A stretch of 64,000 nucleotides of DNA from an uncultured Chloroflexia bacterium (lineage in GTDB: Bacteria; Chloroflexota; Limnocylindria; Limnocylindrales; CSP1-4): contig CAVVJT010000007.1 in assembly GCA_963748625.1 (NCBI GenBank), positions 416,001 to 480,000 of the forward strand. Reading direction: 5' to 3'. How positions within the stretch are numbered: position 1 is the first letter of the stretch; each line of letters opens with the position of its first letter. Positions 21,081 through 31,733 of the stretch are shown here, in pieces. A program made the translations under genes and the position numbers. The notes beneath the pieces were generated by a model. That model saw only the letters and a program-made list of their open reading frames with translations. It was not told the origin of the DNA and did not search any database.

Positions 21081-22148
21081 ATGCGCAAGACCGCCATCGT
21101 CGTCGTCGTGCTCGTGGGACTCATCGCGCTGCCGGGGCTGCTGGCCGGCCTCCTGCTGCTGTCGGGCACCGTCAAGGTGGGCGACCCGATGCTTGATCCC
21201 GCACCCACCGGGCCGACCGTGTCCGCAGCGCCATCGCCCGGAGCGGCATCGCCCGCCGCCGGGGATCCCGTCTTCGAGGCCGACATCGCCCGTGCGATCG
21301 AGTCTGCGCAAGCTGTTCGGCCTCCGGTCGGACGAGGCGTGGGTCCGCCAGGTGGCCGCGGACCCCATGGCCCGGATCTTCATGCTCGACTTCCCGATGA
21401 CCCGCGAGGAGGAGCGCGAGTTCGAGGCGCGCAGCAGCTCGACTTCGAGCAGATCGCCCAGGCGGCCCAGGCCTACGGCGACGAGCATCCGGACACGTTC
21501 GGCGGCGTCTGGATCGACCAGCAGCGCCAGACCGTGGTCGCCGCCTGGACCCGCGACGCGGAGCTCCACCGGATGGCCATCCTCGCGGACCTGCGCAGCT
21601 TCGGCCCGGTCGAGGCCCGGACGGTCGCCTACTCGGAACGGCAGCTCGCTGGCGCTCCAGGAGCGGATCGACGGGCCGGACTGGCTCCGGACGATCCCGG
21701 CGGCCTTCATGGGCAGCAGCACCGACATCATGGAGAACCGCGTGTGGCTGGGGATCTCGTCGGCGGTGCCGGACGCGGAGGCACGGATCCTCGACCACCT
21801 CGGCGTCGGGGCGGACATGCTCCAGGTGAGTCGGATGGCACCGGGGTCCTGCTCCAGGATCGCGGCACGATCCACATCCACGTCGTGCGGCCGGACGGCA
21901 AGGGGACGGGCGGCTTCGACTGGAACGTCGAGTGGACGCCGGACCGGCCCGGTGGCGGTGACTGCGGCGAGATGGTCGGCATCGCCATCCCGGACGACGG
22001 CCGCTTCGACCTCGCCTGCGCACCGGGCGGCTGGACCATCGCGATCCAGGAGCGCGGCGGCGACGACGGCTGGACCGACATCGGCACGGGCCACGTCGTG
22101 GTGCCCGAGGGCGGAGACGTGGACCTGGAGATCAGCGTCCAGCCCTGA
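21081..22148 (+). CDS. Hypothetical membrane-anchored/secreted protein (frameshifted)
   Basis: Hydrophobic N-terminus MRKTAIVVVVLVGLIALPGLLAGLLLL, Pro/Ala linker, DTFGGVWIDQ..VARTVAYSERQL region reminiscent of protease pro-regions, C-terminal beta-sandwich-like domain. Confidence 0.55.
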   Translation: MRKTAIVVVVLVGLIALPGLLAGLLLLSGTVKVGDPMLDPAPTGPTVSAAPSPGAASPAAGDPVFEADIARAIESAQAVRPPVGRGVGPPGGRGPHGPDLHARLPDDPRGGARVRGAQQLDFEQIAQAAQAYGDEHPDTFGGVWIDQQRQTVVAAWTRDAELHRMAILADLRSFGPVEARTVAYSERQLAGAPGADRRAGLAPDDPGGLHGQQHRHHGEPRVAGDLVGGAGRGGTDPRPPRRRGGHAPGESDGTGVLLQDRGTIHIHVVRPDGKGTGGFDWNVEWTPDRPGGGDCGEMVGIAIPDDGRFDLACAPGGWTIAIQERGGDDGWTDIGTGHVVVPEGGDVDLEISVQP

Positions 22149-22239
22149 CGTCCCGCGCCGGCAAGAACGCGAAGTCGCCGGGCGGCCCCTGCGGAGGGCC
22201 GCCCGGCGCTGGAGGTGAGGATGCTGGTGGAGGCGTCGG

Positions 22240-23775
22240 CTACCGGTGCGGATCCGACGCCGGGTTGTAGATCGCGTAGAGCTGGCCCATCTCGACGAGC
22301 TCGCCGCCGATGGACGTGTGCACCTGGTCGGTGGCCAGGAACCAGCCGCGGCCGAGAACGCTCGACGCGTCGATGATCCCGGACGACTCCTCGTCCTGGG
22401 TCAGGAAGCCCGGAGCGCCGGGGGTGAACCGGGCCGGGTCGTGCTCGGCGATGGCGGTCAGGGTGTCGGTCGCGATGGCGTACGACCAGATCCTCGCGAG
22501 GTAGGCCTGGTTGCCCGGGTCCTCCTGGATCAGGACGTTGCCGTAGCGGTCGACGGTGAGGTTGTCCATCATCTGCGGGCCCTCGGTGCCGTCGAGCAGT
22601 ATCGAGAGCGTGCCGCCCGCGGCCGGGTTGCGCACGTCGTCGAACCGGAGGCGCCACAGGCGGGAGTTGCCCACCTGCGAGGCGTTCTCGAATCGGTCGG
22701 TGGTGACAAAGTAGAAGTCATCGGGGTTGCGCGGGTCCCAGGCGCCGTCCTCCGGGCGGAGGAACTCGGTGACGCCGTTCTGCAGCGAGGCGACCTGGAG
22801 CTGCTCGCCGGTCCAGGACGACACGTCGCCGAACTCGTGCAGGTCGAAGGGGACGCTCGCCCCGTTGACGCCCGCAAGCCGGTCCTCCATCGAGGCGCCG
22901 GCGTACGTGACGCCCTTGTAGCTGCGGTCGGCGGTGGGAGCACCCGGGACGGCCACGCCGAAGAGCGAGCCGCCGACGAGACCGGCGCGCTCGAGCGCGG
23001 TGCCGCGACGCTGCTTCTCGCCCACGTAGACGTAGACCTGGCCCGGCGTGGAGTCGTCCAGGCCGATCATGACGGTCGTGCGGCCACCGGCCGGCGACGC
23101 GACCAGGTTCTCCCAGCTCGCCTTGCCGAGGGCGGGCAGCTCGTACGAGGTGCCCTGCGCGGCGCCGGTGACGAGATGGGCGAACGCACGACCCTCGTCG
23201 CCTGCCTCCTCACCGCTGAAGAAGACCCGGCCGTCGTAGCCGGTCCGGGAGCGGGCGTCCCAGAGCGCGGACTTGGCGGGCAGGTCGGCGGAGCAGAAGC
23301 GGTTGAAGTTGGCGTCGGCACCCGTGCGGGTCTCGTAGGCGCCGGTGGTCGCGTTCCAGAAGTAGGCGGTGCGGATGAGGTCCGAGCCCTCGTCGACGTC
23401 GAGGTCGTCGCCGTCGATCTCCCACTGGGAGACGAAGGCGCCGCCGGTGCCGCCGTGCGCCCGGCCGATGCCGACGCCGGACCCGAGCTCGTGGGTCGCG
23501 AACAGGCGCAGCTCGTCGCCGTCGCGCGAGCATGCCCAGGCCGTCGGGGATGCCGACCAGGGCGTAGCCGTCGACCGTGTCGCCGACGGTCAGGATGGAG
23601 CGGGTCTTCACCCCGGGCGCGATGGGCACCACGTAGGGCGACTCGCTGGTGCTGGGGCCGGTCGAGGTGGCCGGCCTCCGCGGCGAAGCGCGGCCGGTGC
23701 TGCGACGAGGCTGGCGCCGATCCAGGCGCCGGCTGTGATCTGCACGGCCCGACGCCGCGCGGGGATGTGTCCCAC
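22240..23775 (-). CDS. phoX: PhoX/DUF839 family alkaline phosphatase (frameshifted), secreted
   Basis: Signal-peptide-like start, ILTVGD..VGIPDGLG, NRFCSADL, RPEDGAWDP, FYFVTTD, MMDNLTVD..LIQEDPG, ESSGIIDAS. SD GGAGG. Confidence 0.8.
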
Positions 23776-23839
23776 GATCCGTGTTCCTCCCTGTCCTTGC
23801 TTGATGCGGTCAGGTTGGGGAGCGTCAGGTCAACACCCG

Positions 23840-23883
23840 GTTCACGGGCCGTTCGCGGGACGTTCACGCGCCGTTCCAGTTCG
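23840..23883. promoter_or_regulatory. Pho-box-like array of four 11-bp direct repeats
   Basis: GTTCACGGGCC / GTTCGCGGGAC / GTTCACGCGCC / GTTCCAGTTCG at 23840, 23851, 23862, 23873, upstream of phoX. Confidence 0.65.
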
Positions 23884-24008
23884 GTCACGGGCAGGGCGGC
23901 CCGTCGCTCGCGGGCCGGGTCACGACGCGCCCGTCGCGCGTCTTCACTGCGACCGGATGACGTGCGGACCTCGCCAGCACCACGCCGGCCGACTAGGATC
24001 AGCCGACC

Positions 24009-25682
24009 ATGGAGACCTTGCTGGACCTGCTCGAGGAGAGCGCCGCGCGCTTCGGGGACCGCAACGCGCTCGGCCTACGCCGCGACGACGGCACGACCTT
24101 CCACTGGACGCAACGCGAGCTGGTCCGCCGCAGCCGGCTGGCCGCCTGGCGCCTGCGCGCGATCGGCCTGCACCCGGGTGACCGCGTGCTGACCTGGTCA
24201 CCCTCCACGCCCGCGCTGCCCGCCGCCTACTTCGGCTCGATGTACGCGCGCTTGATCTACGTCCCGCTGGACTCGCGGATGAGCACCGACGCGATCGCCG
24301 GGATCGTCGCCACCTCGGGTGCCGTGCATCTGCTGCTGGGCACCGGCCGCGACGCCCCGGACCCGCGCGAGGTTGGGCTCGACGGCTTCCCGACCACCAC
24401 CATCGAGGAGCTCTCTGCCGACCCGGACGACACCTTCCCGGCCGACTGGGAGAACCAGGTCGTCGCCTGGGAGCGCCCCCGGCCGGACGACGTCTACCAG
24501 CTGGTGTTCACGTCGGGCACCACGGGCAACCCCAAGGGCGTGATGCTGGCCCACGAGAACTCGCTCGCGGGCGTGCAGTCCTTCCACGGGATCATCACGC
24601 CGATGGAGCACCGCGTTGTGTCGCTGCTCCCGCTCTCCCACTCGCTGGAGCAGCAGGTCACGCTGTTCTACGCGCTGAGCGTGGGCGCCGACGTGCTCTA
24701 CGTCCGCAGCCGCAACCCCCGGGTCATCTTCGACAGCCTGCGCGAGCACAAGGTGTCCACGCTGCTGCTGGTGCCCCAGGTGATCGACCTGTTCTGGAGT
24801 GCGATCGAGCGCGAGGTGGCCAAGCAGGGCAAGGCGGCATCGTTCGAGCGGCTGCGGGGGATCGCCCGGCGGCTCCCCTACCCGGCGCGCCGCCTGCTGT
24901 TCCGGCAGGTGCACGCCCAGCTGGGCGGCGGATTGCGGCTGATCGTGTCGGCTGGGGCGTTCCTGCCGCCCGCCCTCCAGCAGGCCTGGGAGGACATCGG
25001 CGTCATCGTGATCCAGGGCTACGGCGCCACCGAGACCGCGGCCGGCTGCGCGACCACCATGACCGACCACCCGCTCGGCTGCGTCGGCTGGCCACCCAAG
25101 CCGGTGGAGATGCGGATCGCCGAGGACGGTGAGATCCAGTTCCGCGGCCCGACGCTGTTCAAGGGGTACTGGAACAACCCCGACGCGACGTCTGCCGCCC
25201 TCACGCCCGACGGCTGGTACATGTCGGGCGACCTGGGCAAGCTCGATGCGCGCGGGCGGCTCCACCTGCACGGGCGCAAGAAGGACATCATCGTCTTGCC
25301 CAACGGGTTCAACGTGTACCCGGAGGACATCGAGAACGCCCTGCGGGTGGCGGGGATCCGGGATTCGGTGGCAGTCGAGACGCGCCCGGGCCGGATCGAG
25401 GTGGTAGTGCTTGCACCCGGGACGCATGCGGCGCCGGGCGACCAGCGCGCTGCCAACGCCCTGGAAGGTGCGCTGCCCGATGCGGTGCGCGCGGAGATCG
25501 AGTCAGCGGTGAAGGCCGCGAACGCCGCACTTGGACCTAGCCAGCGGATCGCGGGCTGGCGGCTCTGGCCCGACACGGACTTCCCGCGGACGCACACCTT
25601 CAAGGTGAAGCGGGACCGGGTGCGGACGTGGGCCGCCGTGGACACACCGCTGCTGGTCGACGAGGACGGCCCGCGCGCCTGA
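24009..25682 (+). CDS. AMP-binding long-chain acyl-CoA synthetase
   Basis: FTSGTTGNPKGVML, QGYGATE, SGDLG, GRKKDIIVLPNGFNVYPEDIE, PRTHTFKVKR. Confidence 0.92.
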   Translation: METLLDLLEESAARFGDRNALGLRRDDGTTFHWTQRELVRRSRLAAWRLRAIGLHPGDRVLTWSPSTPALPAAYFGSMYARLIYVPLDSRMSTDAIAGIVATSGAVHLLLGTGRDAPDPREVGLDGFPTTTIEELSADPDDTFPADWENQVVAWERPRPDDVYQLVFTSGTTGNPKGVMLAHENSLAGVQSFHGIITPMEHRVVSLLPLSHSLEQQVTLFYALSVGADVLYVRSRNPRVIFDSLREHKVSTLLLVPQVIDLFWSAIEREVAKQGKAASFERLRGIARRLPYPARRLLFRQVHAQLGGGLRLIVSAGAFLPPALQQAWEDIGVIVIQGYGATETAAGCATTMTDHPLGCVGWPPKPVEMRIAEDGEIQFRGPTLFKGYWNNPDATSAALTPDGWYMSGDLGKLDARGRLHLHGRKKDIIVLPNGFNVYPEDIENALRVAGIRDSVAVETRPGRIEVVVLAPGTHAAPGDQRAANALEGALPDAVRAEIESAVKAANAALGPSQRIAGWRLWPDTDFPRTHTFKVKRDRVRTWAAVDTPLLVDEDGPRA

Positions 25683-25724
25683 CTGGCCCGCCCCGCGCGC
25701 CTGACTGGCCCGCCCGGCCATGGA

Positions 25725-26180
25725 TCAGCGGACGCGGCCCTCGCGCATCAGGGCGAGCGCCTTCTCGACGCGACGCGCCTTCGTCTCGGGGTTCCTCGTC
25801 CCGGCGACGCTCTCGGTGAACACCCGCTTGTTGGAGTACGAGAGCCCGTCAAAGAACGCCTTGGCGGCCGGATCCGCCTCCAGCGCGGCCGCGAGCTCCG
25901 GGGGGACCTCGATCTCGCGTGGGGCGGTGTCGAGCACGAGGGTGACGGTGACCTCATCGCCAGCCTTCAGACCGGATGCCTCGCCGTGGGCCGAGGCCAG
26001 GCCGAACCAGTACTCGCCGCCCATCCGCGCCACGGATGTCCGGTACGTGTAATCGTTCAGGGTGGCGACCACCTTGGGGTGACCTCCGCCGCCAAGGGCC
26101 TCGACGATCTCGTCGGGGACGCGGACGCCGCAGGTGGCCTTGCCGGTTCCAACGAGGGTGGCGCGAAACGTCTGGCTCAT
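25725..26180 (-). CDS. DUF1905 + YdeI/OmpD-associated family protein
   Basis: GVRVPDEIVEALGGG..YRTSVARMGG..REIEVPPELAAAL..FFDGLSYSNKR..ETKARRVEKA. Confidence 0.85.
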   Translation of the reverse strand: MSQTFRATLVGTGKATCGVRVPDEIVEALGGGGHPKVVATLNDYTYRTSVARMGGEYWFGLASAHGEASGLKAGDEVTVTLVLDTAPREIEVPPELAAALEADPAAKAFFDGLSYSNKRVFTESVAGTRNPETKARRVEKALALMREGRVR

Positions 26181-26220
26181 GGACGGGCAGTCTAGCCGCG
26201 ATGACGACCGAGGGATTGGC

Positions 26221-26742
26221 GTGCAGGCGAAGATGCGGGTGGTGCTCTCGCTGCTGGGGCTGGTGGTCGGGTTCGTCCTGATCACGGCTGCAGCACGGGC
26301 GTTGCCCCCGTCCCCGGAGGACCAGCTCGCGACGGCCCGTCGGTTCGAGGAGCTGCTGGTGCTCATGGATGACCTCGGCCTCGACGGCTGGCACGACTGC
26401 CCGACCTGCCAGCCGATCGACATCCGGCCTGGGGCGTCACCCGCCCCGCTGCCGTCAGGCACCACCGCGTTCGACACGCTGAAGGCGGCGACGGCGGGGA
26501 TCGTGCCGGGCGGGCGGCTCGTGGAGATCACGACGCTGGCACCTGCGGGAGATCAGGCTCCGACGACGGACGCGGGAGGCCGGGTGGTCCAGTTCACCGT
26601 GGTTGCGCGGTCGATGCTGGGCGGCGAGACCGGCCACGACCTGTGGCTGTGGACCTGGTACGAGGACCCCCAGTCGGTCGGGCCGTGGTCGCTCAACGAG
26701 CACTGGGAGTTCGAGGCGACCGGCGCTCCCGAGGGAGACTGA
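26221..26742 (+). CDS. Hypothetical exported protein with CxxC
   Basis: N-terminal TM/signal (VVLSLLGLVVGFVLITAAA), CPTCQP, GC3-rich codons. Confidence 0.55.
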   Translation: MQAKMRVVLSLLGLVVGFVLITAAARALPPSPEDQLATARRFEELLVLMDDLGLDGWHDCPTCQPIDIRPGASPAPLPSGTTAFDTLKAATAGIVPGGRLVEITTLAPAGDQAPTTDAGGRVVQFTVVARSMLGGETGHDLWLWTWYEDPQSVGPWSLNEHWEFEATGAPEGD

Positions 26743-26799
26743 GCAGACGGGCGCTCGGCGGTCGGCGGCCACACCAAGGGCGCCCCCCTGGGCGGGCCG

Positions 26800-27390
26800 T
26801 CAGGGTCGGACCGGCTCTCCCAGTCCTGCGAGCGCGGTGGCCACGGCAGCCGCACCGCCGGTGGGCGACACCTCGGGGGACCAGGTGAAGAACACGAGCG
26901 TCGGCCCGATCCGCTGCATCACGAACTGGCTGTCGCGGGGGTAGGAGAGCGAGCCCGGGCCGTTGCTCGCGAACTCGAGCATCTCCCGTCCAGCATCGTC
27001 GGCCGCGGTCGCCGAGGGCAGCTCGTAGATCACCACGTACCCGTTCTGCGGGTCGTCGGGCAGGACCGCCTGGACCAGCCTGCGCGGCGCGGTCGCCAGC
27101 GACGGGCTCTCCCCGGGCCGGTATTGCGAGAGCGGGTCCTGGGTCTGCAGGCCGGCGCTCTGGAGCGCATGCACCACCTGGGTGTGCGTTCGCTCGGCCG
27201 CGGCGGTCGTCGGCGGGATGCTCGGCGGCACGGAGCCCAGCCGGACCCCGATACCGAGCATCGGCAGCAGCACGAGGATCATGCCGGCGACCAGGCTGCC
27301 GACGGCCAGCACGACGAACCAGGCAGGCGGGCCTCCACGCTTGCCGGTGGCCGGTGCGGAACCCCCGGCGGAGCCCGGTGCCGTCGTCAT
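26800..27390 (-). CDS. Hypothetical single-TM membrane protein
   Basis: One TM segment (WFVVLAVGSLVAGMILVLLPMLGI) then a soluble domain. Start overlaps the HIT stop. Confidence 0.7.
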   Translation of the reverse strand: MTTAPGSAGGSAPATGKRGGPPAWFVVLAVGSLVAGMILVLLPMLGIGVRLGSVPPSIPPTTAAAERTHTQVVHALQSAGLQTQDPLSQYRPGESPSLATAPRRLVQAVLPDDPQNGYVVIYELPSATAADDAGREMLEFASNGPGSLSYPRDSQFVMQRIGPTLVFFTWSPEVSPTGGAAAVATALAGLGEPVRP

Positions 27391-27731
27391 CCGGGCGGCC
27401 ACCCGAGGCCGCGCCCGCCGAGCAGGTGGTAGTGAAGGTGCTGCACCGACTGGCCCGCGTCGGGCCCGACATTGGTCACCAGGCGCCAGCCGCCGTCGAG
27501 CCCCTCGGCGCGCGCGATGTCCGCGGCGACGGCGAAGAGGCGCCCGAGCAATGGCGCGTCGGTCTCCGACAGGTCGGCGGCGGACGCGACGTGGGCCATC
27601 GGGATCACAAGGACGTGGACGGGGGCCTGGGGGTTGATGTCCCGGATCGCGAACACGAGGTTGTCCTCGTGCACCTTGGGCACCGGGATCTCCCCGCCGG
27701 CCATCCGGCAGAACAGGCAGTCAGCGCTCAT
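27387..27731 (-). CDS. hinT: Histidine triad (HIT) nucleotide-binding protein
   Basis: DCLFCRM..DINPQAPVHVLVIP..AGQSVQHLHYHLLGGR. Confidence 0.95.
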   Translation of the reverse strand: MSADCLFCRMAGGEIPVPKVHEDNLVFAIRDINPQAPVHVLVIPMAHVASAADLSETDAPLLGRLFAVAADIARAEGLDGGWRLVTNVGPDAGQSVQHLHYHLLGGRGLGWPPG

Positions 27732-27819
27732 GGCGCGAAGGGTACGGGAGGCGGGTGGTTCCTGCCGTTGGGAGCTCCAGGGCGGCACCTGAGCGGCTCC
27801 AACAGATCCCTGGACCCAT

Positions 27820-29394
27820 TCAACCGGTGACCTGCACCGGAACCGCCGCCCGCAGTGTCCGCCGGGGCGGATCCAAGGCCAGGATCCCACCCTCGACACG
27901 CTCCGGTGTGTCCTCGTCCACGACCTCGCGGCGCACGTGGGCGATGACGTTCTCCAGGTCAGCGGGATCGCCGGGCCGCGGTGCGACCACGACCAGCACA
28001 TGGTCCTCAGCGTGTCCGACCCAGCGGCCGTCGTCCAGGCGTGACTCGAGGAGCACCCGTGACTCCGTGCCCAGCGTCCGGCGCGCGAACGCCTCCTTCG
28101 CCTCCGCGGCCAGGTCCAGCAGCCGGGCCGCGCGGGCCTTCTTGATCTTCTCGGGCACCTGGCCGGCCATCCGCGTTGCCGGCGTGTCCGGGCGGGTGGA
28201 GTAGCGGAACACGTGGAGGCCGGCCGGATCCAGCCCGCGGATGAAGGCGAGCGAGCGCTCGAAGGCGGCCTCGTCCTCGGTGGGAAAGCCCGCGATCACG
28301 TCCGCGTGGACGGCGACGCCCGGGATGGCCGCGCGCACCCGCTCCACGACCCGGGCGTACTCGGCCGAGAGGTAGCGGCGGCCCATCCGGCGCAGCACGC
28401 CGTCATCGCCGCTCTGGAGCGGGAGATGGACGTGAGGCAGGGTCCTCGGCGAACCGTCCACCCAGGCCGCCAGCAGCTCGTCGTCCACGTGCTGCGGCTC
28501 GATGGACGAGAGCCGGATCCGCTCGACATCGGTCTCTTGGAGCAGGCGGCGCACCAGTCCTGCCAGCGTGAGCGCGCTCCGCACATGCGACCCTCGGGCG
28601 CCCCGCTCCGACCAGCCACCGTCGTACGTGCCGATGTTGATCCCGGTCAGCACGATCTCCCGGTGGCCGGCGTCCAGGGCCCGGCGCACGTCGGCGAGGA
28701 CGACCTCGGGCGGGAGCGAGCGCTCGGGGCCGCGGGCCCGCGGGATGATGCAGAACGTGCAGTGGAAGGAGCAGCCATCCTGCACCTTCACGAACGCACG
28801 CGTCCGCTCCACCGAGGCGCGGTCGTCGACGACGCCGTCGAAGGGTGCCCCGACGACCGCCTCGACGCCGGACAAGGTGGGCAGGGCAGCGCCCAGCGGA
28901 GCATGCGTGGCGGCGGTCGCCGCGGCAGCGCCGCCAGGGGCAGCGCCGTCAGCTACGTGCAGGTCGGGGATGCGCAGGTCGGGGATGCGCAGGAGCGCCT
29001 CCAGTTCCGCGAGGAACGCGCCCTTCTCCTCGTTGCCCACCAGACGCGCCCGGGCGTCCACCGCGGCGAAGACTGCCGGATCCACCTGGACGGAGCAGCC
29101 GGTGACGACCACCTGGGCCTCCGGGTTCGCGCGGCGGGCGCGGCGGACGGCCGCTCGCGACTTCTCGTCTGCGGTGGTGGTGACGGTGCAGGTGTTCACC
29201 AGCACGAGGTCAGCGAGAGCGGCAGGATCCACGAGCGGGATGCCGGCCGCACGGAGAAGGCGGGCTGCACCTTCCATCTCGGACTGGTTCACCTTGCAGC
29301 CGAGATTGACGATGGCCGCACTGCGGGGTCGCGCGGGCGCGCCGGAGTCGGCGGATGCCGGTGTGCCCGGGCCGGGGGAGCCGGGCTCGATCAC
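27820..29394 (-). CDS. mtaB: MtaB-type radical SAM tRNA methylthiotransferase
   Basis: LGCKVNQSE, VNTCTVT, VTGC, RAFVKVQDGCSFHCTFCIIP, RIRLSSIEP, HVFRYS, TRAM domain. Conserved position between prmA and HIT. Confidence 0.9.
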   Translation of the reverse strand: MIEPGSPGPGTPASADSGAPARPRSAAIVNLGCKVNQSEMEGAARLLRAAGIPLVDPAALADLVLVNTCTVTTTADEKSRAAVRRARRANPEAQVVVTGCSVQVDPAVFAAVDARARLVGNEEKGAFLAELEALLRIPDLRIPDLHVADGAAPGGAAAATAATHAPLGAALPTLSGVEAVVGAPFDGVVDDRASVERTRAFVKVQDGCSFHCTFCIIPRARGPERSLPPEVVLADVRRALDAGHREIVLTGINIGTYDGGWSERGARGSHVRSALTLAGLVRRLLQETDVERIRLSSIEPQHVDDELLAAWVDGSPRTLPHVHLPLQSGDDGVLRRMGRRYLSAEYARVVERVRAAIPGVAVHADVIAGFPTEDEAAFERSLAFIRGLDPAGLHVFRYSTRPDTPATRMAGQVPEKIKKARAARLLDLAAEAKEAFARRTLGTESRVLLESRLDDGRWVGHAEDHVLVVVAPRPGDPADLENVIAHVRREVVDEDTPERVEGGILALDPPRRTLRAAVPVQVTG

Positions 29395-29879
29395 CACAGC
29401 GCGGGCTTCTGGGACATCAGGAACGCGATCAGGCCCACGGCGGTCGTGATCGCGTAGGCCACGTAGCGCTGCCGCTTGGCGCCCTCGCGCCAGCGGGCGC
29501 GATCCTCGTCGGTGGTGATCGCCTCGCGCCGGAGCAGGCGGCGCAGGCTCGGGCGCTGGACGGCGAACGCCACGATGGCGACCGCCGCGTAGGTCACGAG
29601 GCTCACCATCAGCCACGACTGCTCGAGCATGCGCGGACCCAGGACGGTGAGCATGGCGATCCCGGTGAGCGCAAGGCCGATGCCGATGACGAAGGAGCCG
29701 TGCGCCTGCATCCACAGCATCAGCCGCAGGAGCCGGCCCGGCTGCTCCTGCTCCGCGCCCGGCGCGACCGAGCGGTTGCGCAGCGTGAACGGCAGCAGCA
29801 GCGACGGGACGAGCAGCGAGATCGCCAGGGTGATGTGCGTGGCGAGGATGGCAGGGAACAGGGAGGACAGGTCGGGCAT
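29391..29879 (-). CDS. Four-TM membrane protein (DUF2269-like)
   Basis: Four hydrophobic segments with an N-terminal His and C-terminal LMSQKP. Confidence 0.65.
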   Translation of the reverse strand: MPDLSSLFPAILATHITLAISLLVPSLLLPFTLRNRSVAPGAEQEQPGRLLRLMLWMQAHGSFVIGIGLALTGIAMLTVLGPRMLEQSWLMVSLVTYAAVAIVAFAVQRPSLRRLLRREAITTDEDRARWREGAKRQRYVAYAITTAVGLIAFLMSQKPALW

Positions 29880-29956
29880 CTCGCTCGAACGTTCGGCACG
29901 CGGCGCGGCCCGGATGGCGGGCGCGCGGTGGGCAGGATCGTACCGCAGGGTGCGGT

Positions 29957-30400
29957 TCAGGCCGGTTTGCGGCCCGTGGAGTCCGGCAGCGCGATCACGG
30001 GGTGTCCCTCCGCCCGAGCCACTGCAAGGAGCGCCCGGTCCGTCGTTGCCACCGGCTCGCGATGGAGCATCGCCGTGGCAAGGATCACGCAGTCGGCAAG
30101 GGACACCGCACGGTCACGACCGTTCCAGTGACGGGCACGCAGCAGGCCGGCGAGCCGCGCGGTGTCGGCATCGGGCGGGTAGACCTCCAGCCCACCGGCG
30201 AACAGCAGCTCAAGCGCACGATCGCAGGCGTCCACCCGAAGACTGTGAGTTCGCACGAGAACATCCATCGCCTCTCCGATCGTGATCGCAGACACCGCCG
30301 CAATCCCGTCGTCGGGGTCTCGCAGGATCGCCCCGACGGCTACTGCACAAGGCTGCCCCAGGAGGGCGCCGATCACGGCGCTGCTGTCCAGGACAGTCAC
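29957..30400 (-). CDS. vapC: PIN-domain VapC toxin
   Basis: VLDSSAVI..SAITIGE..SLADCVILATA..VATTDR. Overlaps the upstream antitoxin. Confidence 0.85.
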   Translation of the reverse strand: MTVLDSSAVIGALLGQPCAVAVGAILRDPDDGIAAVSAITIGEAMDVLVRTHSLRVDACDRALELLFAGGLEVYPPDADTARLAGLLRARHWNGRDRAVSLADCVILATAMLHREPVATTDRALLAVARAEGHPVIALPDSTGRKPA

Positions 30401-30642
30401 GACCAGCCGCGCCGCCGGTACACGTAGTCCTCTTCCTCGCGAAGCTGGGCGATCGCCTCCTCGGCGGTTGGTCCATCGGACTTGAGAGACCCGATCGCGG
30501 CTGCGATAGGGTCGTCGGGGATGGGTCGGAGCACGATCGAGTCGCCGCTGTCGACGAGCAGCAGTCTGGTGGTCCCCCAGCGGTGGCGGATGTCGGCCGG
30601 AATGGAGATCTGGCCTCCACGTGAGATTGTGGCAATCCTCAT
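30397..30642 (-). CDS. AbrB/MazE-type antitoxin
   Basis: ATISRGGQISIPADIRHRWG..IVLRP, an 81 aa swapped-hairpin signature. Confidence 0.85.
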   Translation of the reverse strand: MRIATISRGGQISIPADIRHRWGTTRLLLVDSGDSIVLRPIPDDPIAAAIGSLKSDGPTAEEAIAQLREEEDYVYRRRGWS

Positions 30643-30695
30643 GCGAATCAGCCTAGTTCATGCGTCAAGGCTCTCTCGCATGATCCACGAGCTTG

Positions 30696-31733
30696 TCAGG
30701 CCGGACGGACCACCTCGAGCGCCACCCAGTCGCCTTCAGCCCAGCGGTTCGCGATGCGCAGCCCGCGAGCCTCGAACGCCGCGACCACCTCGGCCTCGCG
30801 GTTGCTGAAGATGCCCGATGCGACCAGCGTGCCCCCCCGGCGCAGGTCCTCGACCAGGCCGTCGGCCAGCATCACCAGGAGCGATGCGATCAGGTTGGCC
30901 AGCACGATGTCGAAGGGACCCTCGCCGGACGGGGCGCTCCCCGCCCGCGCATGGATGACGCGGGCCAGCCGGTTGCGCCGCGCGTTGGCGTGGGACGCCT
31001 CCACCGCGATCGGATCGACGTCCACCGCGAGCACCTCGCGCGCGCCGAGCCTGGCCGCGGCGATCGAGAGGATGCCGGAGCCGGAGCCAACGTCGATCAC
31101 GCGCGCAGGTCCGCCATCGACGGCGCCGGTGGCGATGGCGCCCCGGTCCGCGAGCGACTCGAGCGCAGCGAGGCACAACCGGGTGGTCGGGTGGAGGCCG
31201 GTGCCGAAGGCCATGCCCGGGTCGAGCGCCAGGACCACGTCGTCGGGCTGGCGGCGGTGGCGGCGCCAGGTGGGCCGGATCACGATTCGCCGGCCGATCC
31301 GAAGCACAGGAAAGTGGACCTTCCACGCGTTCGCCCAGTCCGCCTCGTGGACGACCTGGCAGGCAAGCTCCCCGATGGGCCGCAGCCCGAAGGCCTGCAG
31401 GTGCCCGAGCTCCCGGTCGGCCTGGGCGACGGCGGCGCGCACGGTCGCGGCATCCAGGATCGGCAGGCTGGCACGCACCATCGCGGGCCGGGCGAGGTCC
31501 ACGCGCGCGGCAAGGCCGTCCTCGACCAGCTCGAAGGCGGGCTCCACGCTGGTGCCCCCTGAGGCGGCGCGCGAGAGGATCTCGGACACGGCCTCGACGG
31601 CCTCGTGGTCGGCCGCGACCGCGAGCTCCAGCCAGGCGTCCTTGGCGGCGATGGCAGCCGCGAGGTCGATCCCCTCGAGTGGGTCGCGCGCGTCGGGCAT
31701 GTCGGGGGCGTCGGGCGCGGGTGCCCCGCTCAC
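30696..31733 (-). CDS. prmA: 50S ribosomal protein L11 methyltransferase
   Basis: [46 protein letters not shown]. Follows dnaJ. Confidence 0.95.
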   Translation of the reverse strand: MSGAPAPDAPDMPDARDPLEGIDLAAAIAAKDAWLELAVAADHEAVEAVSEILSRAASGGTSVEPAFELVEDGLAARVDLARPAMVRASLPILDAATVRAAVAQADRELGHLQAFGLRPIGELACQVVHEADWANAWKVHFPVLRIGRRIVIRPTWRRHRRQPDDVVLALDPGMAFGTGLHPTTRLCLAALESLADRGAIATGAVDGGPARVIDVGSGSGILSIAAARLGAREVLAVDVDPIAVEASHANARRNRLARVIHARAGSAPSGEGPFDIVLANLIASLLVMLADGLVEDLRRGGTLVASGIFSNREAEVVAAFEARGLRIANRWAEGDWVALEVVRPA

